Of a stretch of 64,000 bases of DNA, positions 10,401-18,931 are shown piece by piece (within the stretch, counting starts at the first letter, position 1; the number at the start of each line of letters is the position of its first letter). The translations under genes were made by a program, and so were the position numbers. The notes under the pieces are model-generated. The model was not told the DNA's origin and did no database searches. It worked only from the letters and a program-made list of their open reading frames with translations. This DNA comes from Myxococcota bacterium. GTDB lineage: Bacteria; Myxococcota_A; Polyangia; Polyangiales; Houyiibacteriaceae. The DNA lies in the NCBI GenBank assembly GCA_039030515.1, contig JBCCEA010000008.1, positions 1-64,000 on the forward strand, in the 5' to 3' direction.

Positions 10401-12069
10401 CGTCTCCGAACTCCTCACAAATCGACTCCCAGATTTCGATCGACCGATCGGGTCTATCCAGATGATCGGCAAAAATGTGGGCGACCCGAACCTTATCCGA
10501 GCGCCTTAGCGCTCGAGGCAACCCTGCGACATCGGCGCGATGCGTGAGCAGCTCCGCGAGGTCCTCATACCTGCCCGCCCGCTCGAGCAGCCCCACCGTC
10601 GCCGCGATGGCCTTCGCATCACCTGGATCGGTATTGAGGCATAACTCCCAGGATCGAAGGGCTCGATCGAGATCACCCAGTTCTTCAGCCAAACTGGCTG
10701 CTTGACTCAGCACCGCTCGACGAGCCGGAGTGTCCTCTTCGAGCGCGGCAATCCTCTCGAGCATATTGAGGCGGTCTACCGACCGACCGACCGACCCGTA
10801 CAGTTCCGCAAGTCGACGCGCTACGCGAAGTCCTACGTCCTTGGGAACTTCGCTTTCGTCAAGAACTCCCGAATAGAGCGCGATCGCACCTTCCGTATCC
10901 TCGAGCGCTTTGAAACGGACGTGAGCCGCTTCGATGCGAAGACCGATACTCACGTCCGCGACTTCGGCGTGAGCAGCCGCCCGTTCCAGAATCTCTAAAA
11001 GGCGCTGATGCGCTCCGGTTTGTTCGGCGACTCTCTGAAGCTTTTCCCGGACCTTGACTACGGTCGGATCAAGCTCGAGCACCGCCGAATAGTGGTCCAT
11101 CGCTCTGGAATACGCTCCGGCGGACTCGAGTCGATCTCCTGCTTCGATGTGTAGCGAAAGACGCTCTGCCCCAATCGATAAAGCGCTCGCGGCCTCGAGC
11201 GCAGGCACGATCGCCACCCGATCTCCCTGCTCATCATAGTGGTGGCGAAGTAACTGCAGTGCATCTGCACGGACTTTCTGGTTGGCCTCGCCGTACCCCG
11301 CGATCTTTTCGAGCAGCGCACACGCAGTCTCTACACTGTCGCCCGAGTCCGTCAGAAGCGTTTGAGCACGCAAAAGTGCTTCGTCCGGACGGGCCAGTCG
11401 ATCGAGCCAAAGCTGCGCTGCGCGAATCCGAGTTACCCGAGCCTCTTCCTCCTCAAGCCGGTCGAGACGACGCTCCCAAAACCCCACGAGATCCTGAAAG
11501 CGCTCCTGGCGTTCGAGGAGTCGTTCTAGCGAGGAAGCCACTTTCTCGTCGTCGTCGAGAAGCGGTAACAACCGTTCAAAATACTCGATCGCTTTATCTG
11601 GCTGACCGGCAAAGTCCTTGGCGAGCTCCGCAGCCTCTCGAAGAAGGGAGCGTCGATCCGCACCAGGGCTATCGATCGCTCGATCATACAACTCCAGGAG
11701 TTCAGACCAACGAGCGCTGTTGGTGTAGAGAACCGTAAGCCTTTGAAACGCCCATCCGGTGGGACTGGCGTCGAGCGAGCGCACACGCTCAAGGACCTCG
11801 ATCAGCTGCGGCGCGTCTTCTCCAAACCATTCCTCATGAAAATTGAACGCCCTGAGCCCAAGCGCTGCTGCTGCATCCTCTTCTAGGGAGCCAGCGAGCA
11901 CTTCTCGATAGAGCGACGAGATCTCTTCGGGCCGATTGGTCTCATTGACCCAGTCTTCGAGCTCATCCCACAGCGCTTCATTGCTTGGCTCACTGCGCAC
12001 CTGCACGGCAAGCGACTCGAAGCGTTCTCCGGAGGAAACCTCCACCCCTTGGCTCTCATGTATCGTCAT
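4498..12069 (-). CDS. Giant TPR-repeat protein (myxobacterial, AgmK-like)
   Basis: 2523-aa ORF made of helical TPR-like repeats (e.g. AIDVYRQAREWVP, LERLLERQERFQDL); no signal peptide, TM or catalytic motif seen. Confidence 0.8.
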   Translation of the reverse strand: MTIHESQGVEVSSGERFESLAVQVRSEPSNEALWDELEDWVNETNRPEEISSLYREVLAGSLEEDAAAALGLRAFNFHEEWFGEDAPQLIEVLERVRSLDASPTGWAFQRLTVLYTNSARWSELLELYDRAIDSPGADRRSLLREAAELAKDFAGQPDKAIEYFERLLPLLDDDEKVASSLERLLERQERFQDLVGFWERRLDRLEEEEARVTRIRAAQLWLDRLARPDEALLRAQTLLTDSGDSVETACALLEKIAGYGEANQKVRADALQLLRHHYDEQGDRVAIVPALEAASALSIGAERLSLHIEAGDRLESAGAYSRAMDHYSAVLELDPTVVKVREKLQRVAEQTGAHQRLLEILERAAAHAEVADVSIGLRIEAAHVRFKALEDTEGAIALYSGVLDESEVPKDVGLRVARRLAELYGSVGRSVDRLNMLERIAALEEDTPARRAVLSQAASLAEELGDLDRALRSWELCLNTDPGDAKAIAATVGLLERAGRYEDLAELLTHRADVAGLPRALRRSDKVRVAHIFADHLDRPDRSIEIWESICEEFGDENDAVEALNVLYERSGRSDDRIALLKRVSNRTRLRFAEIASRLGDALQEQPGKEQEASEIYVHALSLVPAHEGIRLGLRSLREVPEVRHIVVEALDRAYRTADEWEARLELLQDRLAVVEETTARAAILRDAAEIFEHRSGDPTQAFQAASNALALLPEDRSLEDEVARLAAHTGSVDEAAQAYERAALAVTSVSRRFELHQRAALSWESIERREPALQSWIAAIGCNATSRDAAESIVRLAGELGQLEQAESALAEALTHRPQDRTLLESLATVQRPAPSANLCDTLRTLSELRPTDLDLLREIAEIASDTLSDDSMYLSALRDLFKRAGVLLTAGKAACGTAQPIEVVPWSIDRLRAVYQDRQDWGAAASLLAEAARFPLETWQTTGYRRDAAYIRASKLGEPFRAISVYRELLDEAPEDLQTLASLAALYEAEGRTAELLALRQRELAVTKDASRRLELRLHIVQLMASLEVNAGPVAVLRANLEERPGHVDSLHALDGVLAGQSRYLELIDVLSDQAIRLEETASDRAAYLFGRVAELAEREIDDVDRAIAAHRRVAELAPTPQSIEALARIYESRMEHSMAARWLERRLEMDSGEAHAEFSLRLARAQLGAGRQESALAVLEAAWSKDPSATEVRELLSSQYEAQQAYAPLARLLAKASDHVRDQTELLAMIKRSAELFRELGEHQEAIAVLEKSLNLAPENRLLKSMLAHSLHADGRLQQSRDVLTELVESFGRRRGTERAAVHGQLARVMYEMDDVEGALQQLELATKMDMDNASTLRMLADVSREAGQFERAERTYRTLLLVARRSTGEEHTVGVAEVLFELHLLAMSRGDEEQAGELLESALEVTGQSDSEARMLAKALASRDKAELALRVLEQRIGVVEAPAARADLLTDIAAVLEGSMKQPQEALRRRLEALRLAPVDEELHRLVRKGAREVGSADAYVSVLTELIDNLRRSDDASTCADLILRLGRVAEEDLSDLDEALNHYRAAEATGTRRVDAWMALVRVARAKGDVAEQLRVLKHLVAEDALVADAKIEAFYRLAELLISAEDPQDSVSDEAQSLGLDYLERAYALDPRSAEAIGLLQRQLDKSSMHERALSLYETVTRESGDEMLILDFLERRVARTDATLSQVREAVGKALDLEVDHPGAKEKVEPLLHRAVALGETKEEGGVEARWALMALAERRSEVLDVRGAMRFLEQALAVTEEPEKQELSLRLARMALSDGGDAQKAIEILSPLHRTGAWNVDVWHPLLIAYRREGDESALLDTVAALLEGLLDVEERNLARMELAQYLMSLEERQFDAVEALKSILEEAPEHHEATRLLTSLYERAGYNEDLVELLQRQLDVARDNEDLTQIAEVALKLGTLLEKVRRDDAIDVYRQAREWVPNERRIILCLLELMGEDADVRERVEIREGLLASEPEESVAELMWELYAHWESLEDIEGMARVLSTGYQKVPHDQTIRTELESFFRAKELWEGLAMFLVAEATRDRMSAVPRLREAAALFREPLQRMNRAVEVLADLRSFAPEDMEVLSEFVQILRETGDDDRAIEEVSLTLERFAEPGVARLYLLRLRAQLRLDQERLEIALEDLEEAYAISAQDVYAEIRAALERIRTHAESASDGELARSSTYRLAEVLEAGGEIESMRDLLAQWSERHPEDSTVLLRLREIDIQQEHWLGVAELCRRLIQLQTGEEQLSSAIQLADACEAAGHAADALPGLEHVQRSQRGNQVLFERMRDLYESMGAYRELSGLLLSEAEGVEPMMRFELLRTAGQVFLERVGDAAAAIEPLEASRSIDSSDHIATLYLADAYTLAARFADSGQLLEQAISNHPKRRSPELSQLQHRMARLAHAAGDGELELQWLNAALDSDKNNGYVAAELARLAMGMGEHDVALNALRAVTLTKVPGPMSRATAYLLQARIAHARGEDRKAVLWARKARSEDPELQEAEAFLSEIDC

Positions 12070-12256
12070 GCCTGCAACCCCACAATTCCGAGAATAGCAG
12101 TGTTTCGGCGCGACCGGACCGGCTTCCGTACGTCAAGCGATCAGGTGCACTTCGAGAGCTTGGCCCAGCGACCCAACTCGACTCTCGAATCCTTTCGATC
12201 GAAAACCACCTCTCAAAGTGCGTACCGTCAAAGGTTCCCGGTAAACCAACTCTAGA

Positions 12257-13141
12257 CTAAAGACTTCCTAGGTCGCCAAAGTCGATATCATCAAAATTGA
12301 CACCTTCGATGTCGGCGACGTCAAGCGAGCGGGTGTTTAGAGACCCGCCCCTGGAGATAGACTCAAGAGATGCAAAACCATCGAGCCTGCTCGAGGAGGG
12401 CAAGGCGAAAGCGCCTATGTGTTTGCTTCTGAGTAAGGGGGACTTGCTGCTCGGGACTTCACGACCGGGGCGCGTGCGGGACACGCGGCTGAAATCCACG
12501 CGATTGGTCCCAATTCTGGATTCCTGAGCGATTTCAGCGTGACAAGAACTCACTCTGGACACATCGCTTTCAACCAGCTCGGGCCGGATGGATCTTGGCT
12601 CCTCAGCAGGTAACTCGTTCGTCACCACAGGAGCGTTTGAGGAGGTGGCTTGATCGGCTCCGAACCACGTTCCCTCTGGAACCTCTGACGCGTCTGTTCG
12701 CTCCTTTGCGGCGGCATACCTCGTCCTGCGGCGGGCCAGCCTTTCAGGCTGAAAAGCGGATCGAGTACGGTGCAAGAGGCGCTGCATACCCTCCTTGGAG
12801 GGCAAACCACCGACTGGCGGAACAGTCTGCACCGGAGTCGTCTGCAGCGGGGCACATAGAGGATCTACCTGCGCGAACGACTCCGCTCGAATACATCTTG
12901 GCTGTAGCGGCTTCGGCTCGTCTGCACGTTTCGAGGCGTTGGATTCACGCCGACGGCGTAGGAGTAGGTTCGGTAACACAGGCTGCTGTGACTCCCTACC
13001 TTTCAGATGGTTGATTTCTTTTGCCTGCTTCGAAATCACCCGTAGCAACTGCTGAATCTGAGTCCGCTGCGCTAGGGCCACCCTTCGGAGCTGCTCGATG
13101 TCGCGTTCGTCTTGCAGGTTCACAGACGAGACAGTGATCAC
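12257..13141 (-). CDS. Hypothetical protein: N-terminal coiled coil followed by a disordered region
   Basis: 294-aa ORF (probable GTG start at 13123); 'NLQDERDIEQLRRVALAQRTQIQQLLRVISKQAKEINHLKG' coiled coil; acidic-aromatic C-terminal tail. Confidence 0.55.
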   Translation of the reverse strand: MITVSSVNLQDERDIEQLRRVALAQRTQIQQLLRVISKQAKEINHLKGRESQQPVLPNLLLRRRRESNASKRADEPKPLQPRCIRAESFAQVDPLCAPLQTTPVQTVPPVGGLPSKEGMQRLLHRTRSAFQPERLARRRTRYAAAKERTDASEVPEGTWFGADQATSSNAPVVTNELPAEEPRSIRPELVESDVSRVSSCHAEIAQESRIGTNRVDFSRVSRTRPGREVPSSKSPLLRSKHIGAFALPSSSRLDGFASLESISRGGSLNTRSLDVADIEGVNFDDIDFGDLGSL

Positions 13142-13720
13142 GACGTCGGATCGGAATCAAGATTTTTGGTGTCACGAGCGCACCTTATGTGACAGCCGCA
13201 TTACATCGACAGCGCGACGGAACGCTCCACGAAATCACTGCATATCGACATATAGAAGTAAACTCTTTACAGAGCAGAACCGCCAAACATACGGGTTTAC
13301 GAGTTTTTTCGACTGCAGAGCGCCTGAAGAAGCATGAGACCAATCGGCGCAGAACGCGCCATCGATGACCTCTACGGTGAGCACCTCGGGCACGACATAG
13401 AATGCGGCGTACCGTGCGTTCTCGCATAGTCTTGTCCTCGACTGTCCTCGGTCAGGATGATCAAAACCAAAACATTGGTGCATCCACCCGCGCGGTGTCC
13501 GACGTCGGAGGAGTGATTGAGCTCGAAATTTGGGACATCTGAGATTGCTCACCACCAAACGCGACGATGCATGACGCAGCACGACCGTTTAGGGCACCTA
13601 ACATGCGGAAATAACGGTCTTGAGCGTGTCCCTCGAGTCGAGTCACGTTGAAATCGATGGCCGTAGTCCTAGGATGCAGTCGCAGATGCCAGGTGGCGTG
13701 TCGTCCAAAGACCAACTCGC

Positions 13721-14758
13721 ATGCAAGCCCCCGAACACACTTTGGAACACGCCAAATCGCTGAGAAACCCTGGACATGGTCTGACCGCTCGAGGCCACAG
13801 TGCAACGGTTCAGACTTCTGTGATCAGGGCCGTCACAGCGATAGCCTTGTCGATAGGCGCCCACGGAGGCCTTCTCACTCTGCCGAGTGTCGCCACCACT
13901 CGATTGCCGACAGCGTCCCAGCAACACTCGCTCGTTAGGTTCGAGGTTGTTCCGATGCCGCCTGCGCCCACTCAGGCCGAGGAGGTATCGAGCACTACAT
14001 CAGAAACCCGGATTCTGAAGGCACGGCGCCGGACACTGCACACATCATCGACCTCCAGCCAAGCGCAACCGGCAGGCACCTTCGCTCGGTCGGAAGCAAC
14101 AGAGCGAGCAGTCAAGGCGCGAGCACCCCGGGCAATGGAACAACCCTCTCCCCAAACCGCTCATTCTGCTTCAGGGCAGAACGGAGAAACGTCCACGAGC
14201 GCTGCGGTAGAACGGTCTCAAACAAAAACCTCGTCTTCGCCCAACTCGCTCGCGGCCGTTCCGAGTGCCTCGGAAGGCATCTTGAATCCCGGCAACGGAG
14301 CGGGCGATGAACTTCAAAGATCCGAGAGCATCGACAGGGCCGATGGAACGACGGGACCAAGAGGAGACGAGGTGGGCTCCGGAGGGAGCGGTAGCACGGT
14401 AGGGTCTTTGGGCGCACGCACGGGTCAAGGCGGCGCGCATCAAGGCCGAGGGGACGGTCGATACGCAGCCCGGCAGTGGATGACGGCCGTGAACCGCGCC
14501 ATCGGAACGCGTGCAGGAAGAAGCTACCCCAGGTCCGCAAGACGCGCGGGACTCCAAGGCACCGTAATCGTGGCCATAGACGTCGTTCCCTCTGGTGCAA
14601 TTCGCGGAGTCACCGTGCTTCGATCTTCGACCCATCCCATTCTGGATGAGGCAGCGGTTGCGGCGGTGCGCGCTGTCGGATCACTGCCGCCTCCACCCGC
14701 GATCTTCAACCGACGAGGGCGCCCCCTGACTATGCCGATCGCCTACCGCATAGACTGA
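13721..14758 (+). CDS. tonB: Energy transducer TonB family protein
   Basis: N-terminal TM with S-x-x-x-H (SIGAH), Ser/Pro/Gly-rich linker, C-terminal 'YPRSARRAGLQGTV...SSTHPILDEAAVAAV' TonB_C domain; true start may be GTG 13820. Confidence 0.85.
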   Translation: MQAPEHTLEHAKSLRNPGHGLTARGHSATVQTSVIRAVTAIALSIGAHGGLLTLPSVATTRLPTASQQHSLVRFEVVPMPPAPTQAEEVSSTTSETRILKARRRTLHTSSTSSQAQPAGTFARSEATERAVKARAPRAMEQPSPQTAHSASGQNGETSTSAAVERSQTKTSSSPNSLAAVPSASEGILNPGNGAGDELQRSESIDRADGTTGPRGDEVGSGGSGSTVGSLGARTGQGGAHQGRGDGRYAARQWMTAVNRAIGTRAGRSYPRSARRAGLQGTVIVAIDVVPSGAIRGVTVLRSSTHPILDEAAVAAVRAVGSLPPPPAIFNRRGRPLTMPIAYRID

Positions 14759-14972
14759 GCGCGGTAGTCCATGAGCAGCTGAGGCCGGTGCCCACCCGCT
14801 GCGGAGCGAGCGTCGTAGACCGTCTTGTTCATCACTACAAGAGCACTCGCTCAATGACACCCATCGGCCGGGGACTCCTTGGGGCGCATACGTCGCGACT
14901 TGGATCCTTCGGCTGCCTCTCGGGTGAGCTTTGCTATAGAGGACCCCTGACGGGAAGGAGGGTGAAGTCGCT

Positions 14973-16715
14973 ATGGCTGCCTGGACCGCGCTGCTCGTGC
15001 TCGCTTTCTTTGTTCTCGGATACCGATACTGGGCTTCGCACGTTGGCACACGGGTTTTTGGGGAACATCCACAGTTAAAGACTCCCGCGCATACGCACTA
15101 CGACGGCAAGGACTTTGTCCCAACCCCACGATCGATCCTGTTGGGTCACCACTTCACCTCCATCGCCGGCGCAGCCCCCATCATCGGACCCTGTGTAGCA
15201 GCCTATTGGGGCTGGATTCCTGCGCTCACGTGGGTCGTGATCGGATGTGTCTTCATCGGTGGAGTACACGACTACGGAGCGCTGGTCGTCAGCGCTCGCG
15301 AAGAGGGACGATCGATTGCAGATATCGCCGGCTCCGTGATGAACCATCGCGTTCGCATTCTTTTTTTATGTTTTGTCGTCGTACTCGTTTGGTTGGTGCT
15401 GGCGGTCTTCTCCATGGCTATCGCCGGTCTATTCACAAAAAACCCATCGAGCGTCATTCCGGTCAACTTTGAGATAGGCGTCGCGGTAGCGATCGGCTGG
15501 CTGATCCACAAGCGAAACACGCCTGCGATGATTCCGTCGATCGTTGCACTGATTCTGCTTTATGTTTCGATCGGTGTCGGCGTGCTTGTTCCTGTTTCTC
15601 TGACCGATTTCGGTGTTGCCGAGGAGGCGCAACAAACGACCTGGATACTCTTGCTACTGGCCTACTCATCGGCGGCAAGCCTGTTGCCGGTGTGGCTACT
15701 TCTACAACCTCGCGACTACATCAACAGTCATCAACTCTTCTTGGGGCTCGCTCTACTGTTTTTGGGCCTCTTCGTGTCCTGGCCCGACTTTGACGCTCCG
15801 GCGATAAGAGTCGGAAACGACGACGCACCACCGATGGTACCGATCCTCTTTGTCACCATCGCTTGCGGGGCGATAAGTGGCTTTCACGGTTTGGTATCGA
15901 GCGGAACGACAAGCAAACAACTCACGCGAATGTCCGATGCGCGATCCATCGGCTATGGGGCCATGCTCGGTGAAGGTGCACTGGCCCTCGCCTCTACCAT
16001 GGCGGCGGTCGCGGGCATTGGCCTTGTAAGCGAATGTGAGTTACCCGGTGGGCGACACGTGGAGAACCTCTCATGGGGGAACTACTACGATAGCTGGAGC
16101 CACGCAGGTGGATACAAGGCTGCCGCATTCGTGCTGGGGGGTGCAGCCTTCCTCGAGTCGCTAGGTATCCCAACGCAGATCGCCCGGACGCTCATGGCGG
16201 TCCTGGTTATCTCCTTTGCAGCCACGTCACTAGACACCGCCACGCGGATTCAGCGATTTATCTTTGCCGAAATGGGTAAGGCGATTCGTGTTCCGCTTTT
16301 GCAGCAGCGCTATTTCGGCACGGCACTCGCGGTGGTGCCCGCCGCGGTTTTAGCCCTTGGTGAAACGGGAGCCGGCACGAATCCGAGGGCGATCGGCTGG
16401 GTGCTCTGGCCTATCTTTGGTGCCAGCAATCAAATGCTCGCCGCCCTGGTTTTACTCACCCTCACGCTATATTTCTGCCGAAAGAATCGACCTATCGCTC
16501 CTTTAGCGATCCCGGCAGGCATTGTGACTTTAGCCGCGGCAAGCGCTCTGCTCACAAAGCTGCATGGATTTATCCAAGCCGGCGACTGGCTCCTCTCCCT
16601 GGTCGCCGTGGGCCTACTGACTATGCTCGTGTGGATCGGGGTCGAAGGCGCACGGAGTTTTAGGCAGATTCAGCTCGAAAAGCGTGAAGCTCAACTCAAA
16701 GATCGCGCATCGTAA
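14973..16715 (+). CDS. cstA: Carbon starvation protein A (CstA family peptide/pyruvate transporter)
   Basis: TPAH...DGKDFVPT, GHHFTSIAGAAPIIGP, LLQPRDYINS, TIACGAISGFH, TSLDTATR and WPIFGASNQ motifs; multi-TM. Confidence 0.95.
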   Translation: MAAWTALLVLAFFVLGYRYWASHVGTRVFGEHPQLKTPAHTHYDGKDFVPTPRSILLGHHFTSIAGAAPIIGPCVAAYWGWIPALTWVVIGCVFIGGVHDYGALVVSAREEGRSIADIAGSVMNHRVRILFLCFVVVLVWLVLAVFSMAIAGLFTKNPSSVIPVNFEIGVAVAIGWLIHKRNTPAMIPSIVALILLYVSIGVGVLVPVSLTDFGVAEEAQQTTWILLLLAYSSAASLLPVWLLLQPRDYINSHQLFLGLALLFLGLFVSWPDFDAPAIRVGNDDAPPMVPILFVTIACGAISGFHGLVSSGTTSKQLTRMSDARSIGYGAMLGEGALALASTMAAVAGIGLVSECELPGGRHVENLSWGNYYDSWSHAGGYKAAAFVLGGAAFLESLGIPTQIARTLMAVLVISFAATSLDTATRIQRFIFAEMGKAIRVPLLQQRYFGTALAVVPAAVLALGETGAGTNPRAIGWVLWPIFGASNQMLAALVLLTLTLYFCRKNRPIAPLAIPAGIVTLAAASALLTKLHGFIQAGDWLLSLVAVGLLTMLVWIGVEGARSFRQIQLEKREAQLKDRAS

Positions 16716-16787
16716 TCGAGGGAACGCTCTCCGGTTTCAGTCGACACTGCGCATCAGTGCATACTGGGACCCAATCCATACTGCGCC

Positions 16788-18779
16788 TCAATCCACGCTG
16801 GGCTGAACGATCTCAGGAGGAATCAGAAAAAAGATCACGCGTGAATCCAGGAGAATTTCTCCATCTCCCAGGACATTGACCCGGGCCCGAACCAACTGAG
16901 GCTCCTCAGTCGGTCGCACGGTGGTATTGACCGCCGGTATCAGGTCCCAACAAACCAGTGTGCCGGCACGCACCGCGGGAAATGTGTCGTTATGCCCGTC
17001 AGAATCCGCATCAAGCAGCGGGCTAAAAGCGGAACAAGAACCTCCGCCGGTATTGACCTCGAGATACTCCACGAGCGAAGTCGGATCGATTTCATCAGAA
17101 CCGTCATCGTCGATCAGCTCTACCCCGATCCGAAGCACGCTGCTGTCGACGATTTCATTGATCGCTTCGAGCACGGTATGCACCACCGTTCCTGCATTTG
17201 AACTGAACACGTAAGGCTGGCCGGTTTGCGGAGAGATCGAGTTGGAAGCCAGCGCGACGTCGATGAGGTCCTGATGAAGACTCAAAGCCGGACCCGACCA
17301 AACGCCGATGGTGGTGATATCTGCATCGATCAGCGCGTCACCAACATCAGAAGCGAGTTCATCGCCATCGCTGTCTTCGTCAGTGAAGTAGACAAGGATG
17401 CGCTTGGCGTCCTCACGAAACGCCGGGCAACCGATGCGCCCTGGCGATACCTCAGAGCAACCTTCGGGAGCTCCAGGACAGCGCTCTGGGTCTCCCGCAC
17501 ACCAAAGGGCGCGCAGCAGTCTCTCTGTACCGCTACCGATCAGGATGTCTCCAACGGCGATCTGAGTCGTGCGCGGGTCTGACTGAATGATGGAATCCAC
17601 CCGCAGCTCCTCGCTGTAGTGGCCAGACCCGGTAAAAACGCTGGTGACGCAATTGGTCTCTAGGGGACTCTCGATACAACTACCGAAGGCGCTACACACA
17701 TTTGTAGCAGGGCAGTTTTGATCAGAAATGCAGGGGATACCGGTATCGTCACACGTCAGCGAGTCGATCATCGAAACCACATTGGACTGCAGCGCACCGA
17801 TCACGTTGGCCATGGAGCCCGAGTTGTCGAAGAGGAACAACACATCTGCCTGCTGGAAGTTGGTACGCATTCGCAGGGTATCGACAGACGGACTTGGGGC
17901 GAGTTCATAGGGCGAGAGAAATACGAAGTTTCCATCTGCCGCCGGATTTGATGTTGGATCTAAAGGATCGGTTCCTGCACCGACTTCGATCAGGTCTTCA
18001 GCCAAATCTCCGTCGGAATCCGCACTGTAGGGATTGGTATTCGCTTCTACTTCCGCGGCGTCGGAAAGTCCGTCTCCATCGCTGTCGATATCGAGGAAGT
18101 CCGGGATCCGATCTCCGTCGGTATCGCGCGGCCTTGAGAACACATCATTGTCTCCGGCCTCCAGCCGATCGACGATGCCGTCACCATCGGAATCGTCGTC
18201 GATGAAGTTGACGAGTCCATCCACATCGAGATCTCCGATCGATTCATCGCCGTCGAGGAGGAAATCGTTGTCGGAGTCGGGATCGTGATAGTCGGGGATC
18301 CCATCGGAGTCTCGATCTCTTAGCGGGGCGATCTGACCGTTGAGTTCGGCGGCGTCTGACAAGAAATCATTGTCGTCGTCCAAGTCGAAGTAATCCGCGA
18401 GTCCATCGAAGTCAGTATCTGCAGTCGACTCGATAGAGTCCGGAATTCCATTTTCATCGGAATCAGAATCCCTGAAGTCGGGCACTCCATCTTGGTCCGA
18501 GTCGCGCGCTGGAGTCGCTAAGTCTCTATCGCTTACTTCATCACGATCACGAATACCGTCCCCATCAGAATCCGGATCGAGATAGTCGCTCACGCCATCG
18601 CCGTCTGTATCGGTTGCAAACTCTCGGCCTTCATCGAGGTCGCTGATGAAATCGCCGTCTGAGTCTAGTGCGCCGAAACGCGAATTGACTTGGGCACCAT
18701 CCGGACGATCGGAGGCGCTCTCAGAACCCCCGTTACATCCGAGGACGACGAGTAGCCACCAGCCATACTCCCACCTCAT
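16788..18779 (-). CDS. Lipoprotein with thrombospondin type-3-like Ca-binding repeats and a VWA domain (CglD-like architecture)
   Basis: Lipobox-like LLVVLGC after MRWEYG start; many D-x-D-x-D-G-x-x-D repeats; MIDAS motif [11 protein letters not shown]; '[15 protein letters not shown]'. Confidence 0.8.
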   Translation of the reverse strand: MRWEYGWWLLVVLGCNGGSESASDRPDGAQVNSRFGALDSDGDFISDLDEGREFATDTDGDGVSDYLDPDSDGDGIRDRDEVSDRDLATPARDSDQDGVPDFRDSDSDENGIPDSIESTADTDFDGLADYFDLDDDNDFLSDAAELNGQIAPLRDRDSDGIPDYHDPDSDNDFLLDGDESIGDLDVDGLVNFIDDDSDGDGIVDRLEAGDNDVFSRPRDTDGDRIPDFLDIDSDGDGLSDAAEVEANTNPYSADSDGDLAEDLIEVGAGTDPLDPTSNPAADGNFVFLSPYELAPSPSVDTLRMRTNFQQADVLFLFDNSGSMANVIGALQSNVVSMIDSLTCDDTGIPCISDQNCPATNVCSAFGSCIESPLETNCVTSVFTGSGHYSEELRVDSIIQSDPRTTQIAVGDILIGSGTERLLRALWCAGDPERCPGAPEGCSEVSPGRIGCPAFREDAKRILVYFTDEDSDGDELASDVGDALIDADITTIGVWSGPALSLHQDLIDVALASNSISPQTGQPYVFSSNAGTVVHTVLEAINEIVDSSVLRIGVELIDDDGSDEIDPTSLVEYLEVNTGGGSCSAFSPLLDADSDGHNDTFPAVRAGTLVCWDLIPAVNTTVRPTEEPQLVRARVNVLGDGEILLDSRVIFFLIPPEIVQPSVD

Positions 18780-18834
18780 GAACTTTAGTATACAGCATGA
18801 ATAAGTTCTTCCAGTCAGAAAGGTTTCTATTACA

Positions 18835-18851
18835 CTCAAGTTGCACTTGAG
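18835..18851. promoter_or_regulatory. Perfect 7-3-7 palindrome in a divergent promoter region (candidate operator)
   Basis: CTCAAGT-TGC-ACTTGAG within the AT-rich 18780-18931 spacer between two divergent surface-protein genes. Confidence 0.4.
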
Positions 18852-18931
18852 CCCGGCAAGTAATTCGCAATTCGACAAGAGCAGGTCGCAGGAGCAATTT
18901 GCAAAAGCAATGGCCTTAATTCGGGGGAACA

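Noticed and set aside
4534..12260. Many 60-300 aa antisense or alternate-frame ORFs within the TPR gene (and similarly in other genes)
   Set aside because: Expected shadow ORFs in GC-rich coding DNA
13185..13938. Short overlapping ORFs between the orphan gene and tonB
   Set aside because: No motifs or clear RBS; mutually overlapping; cannot be supported
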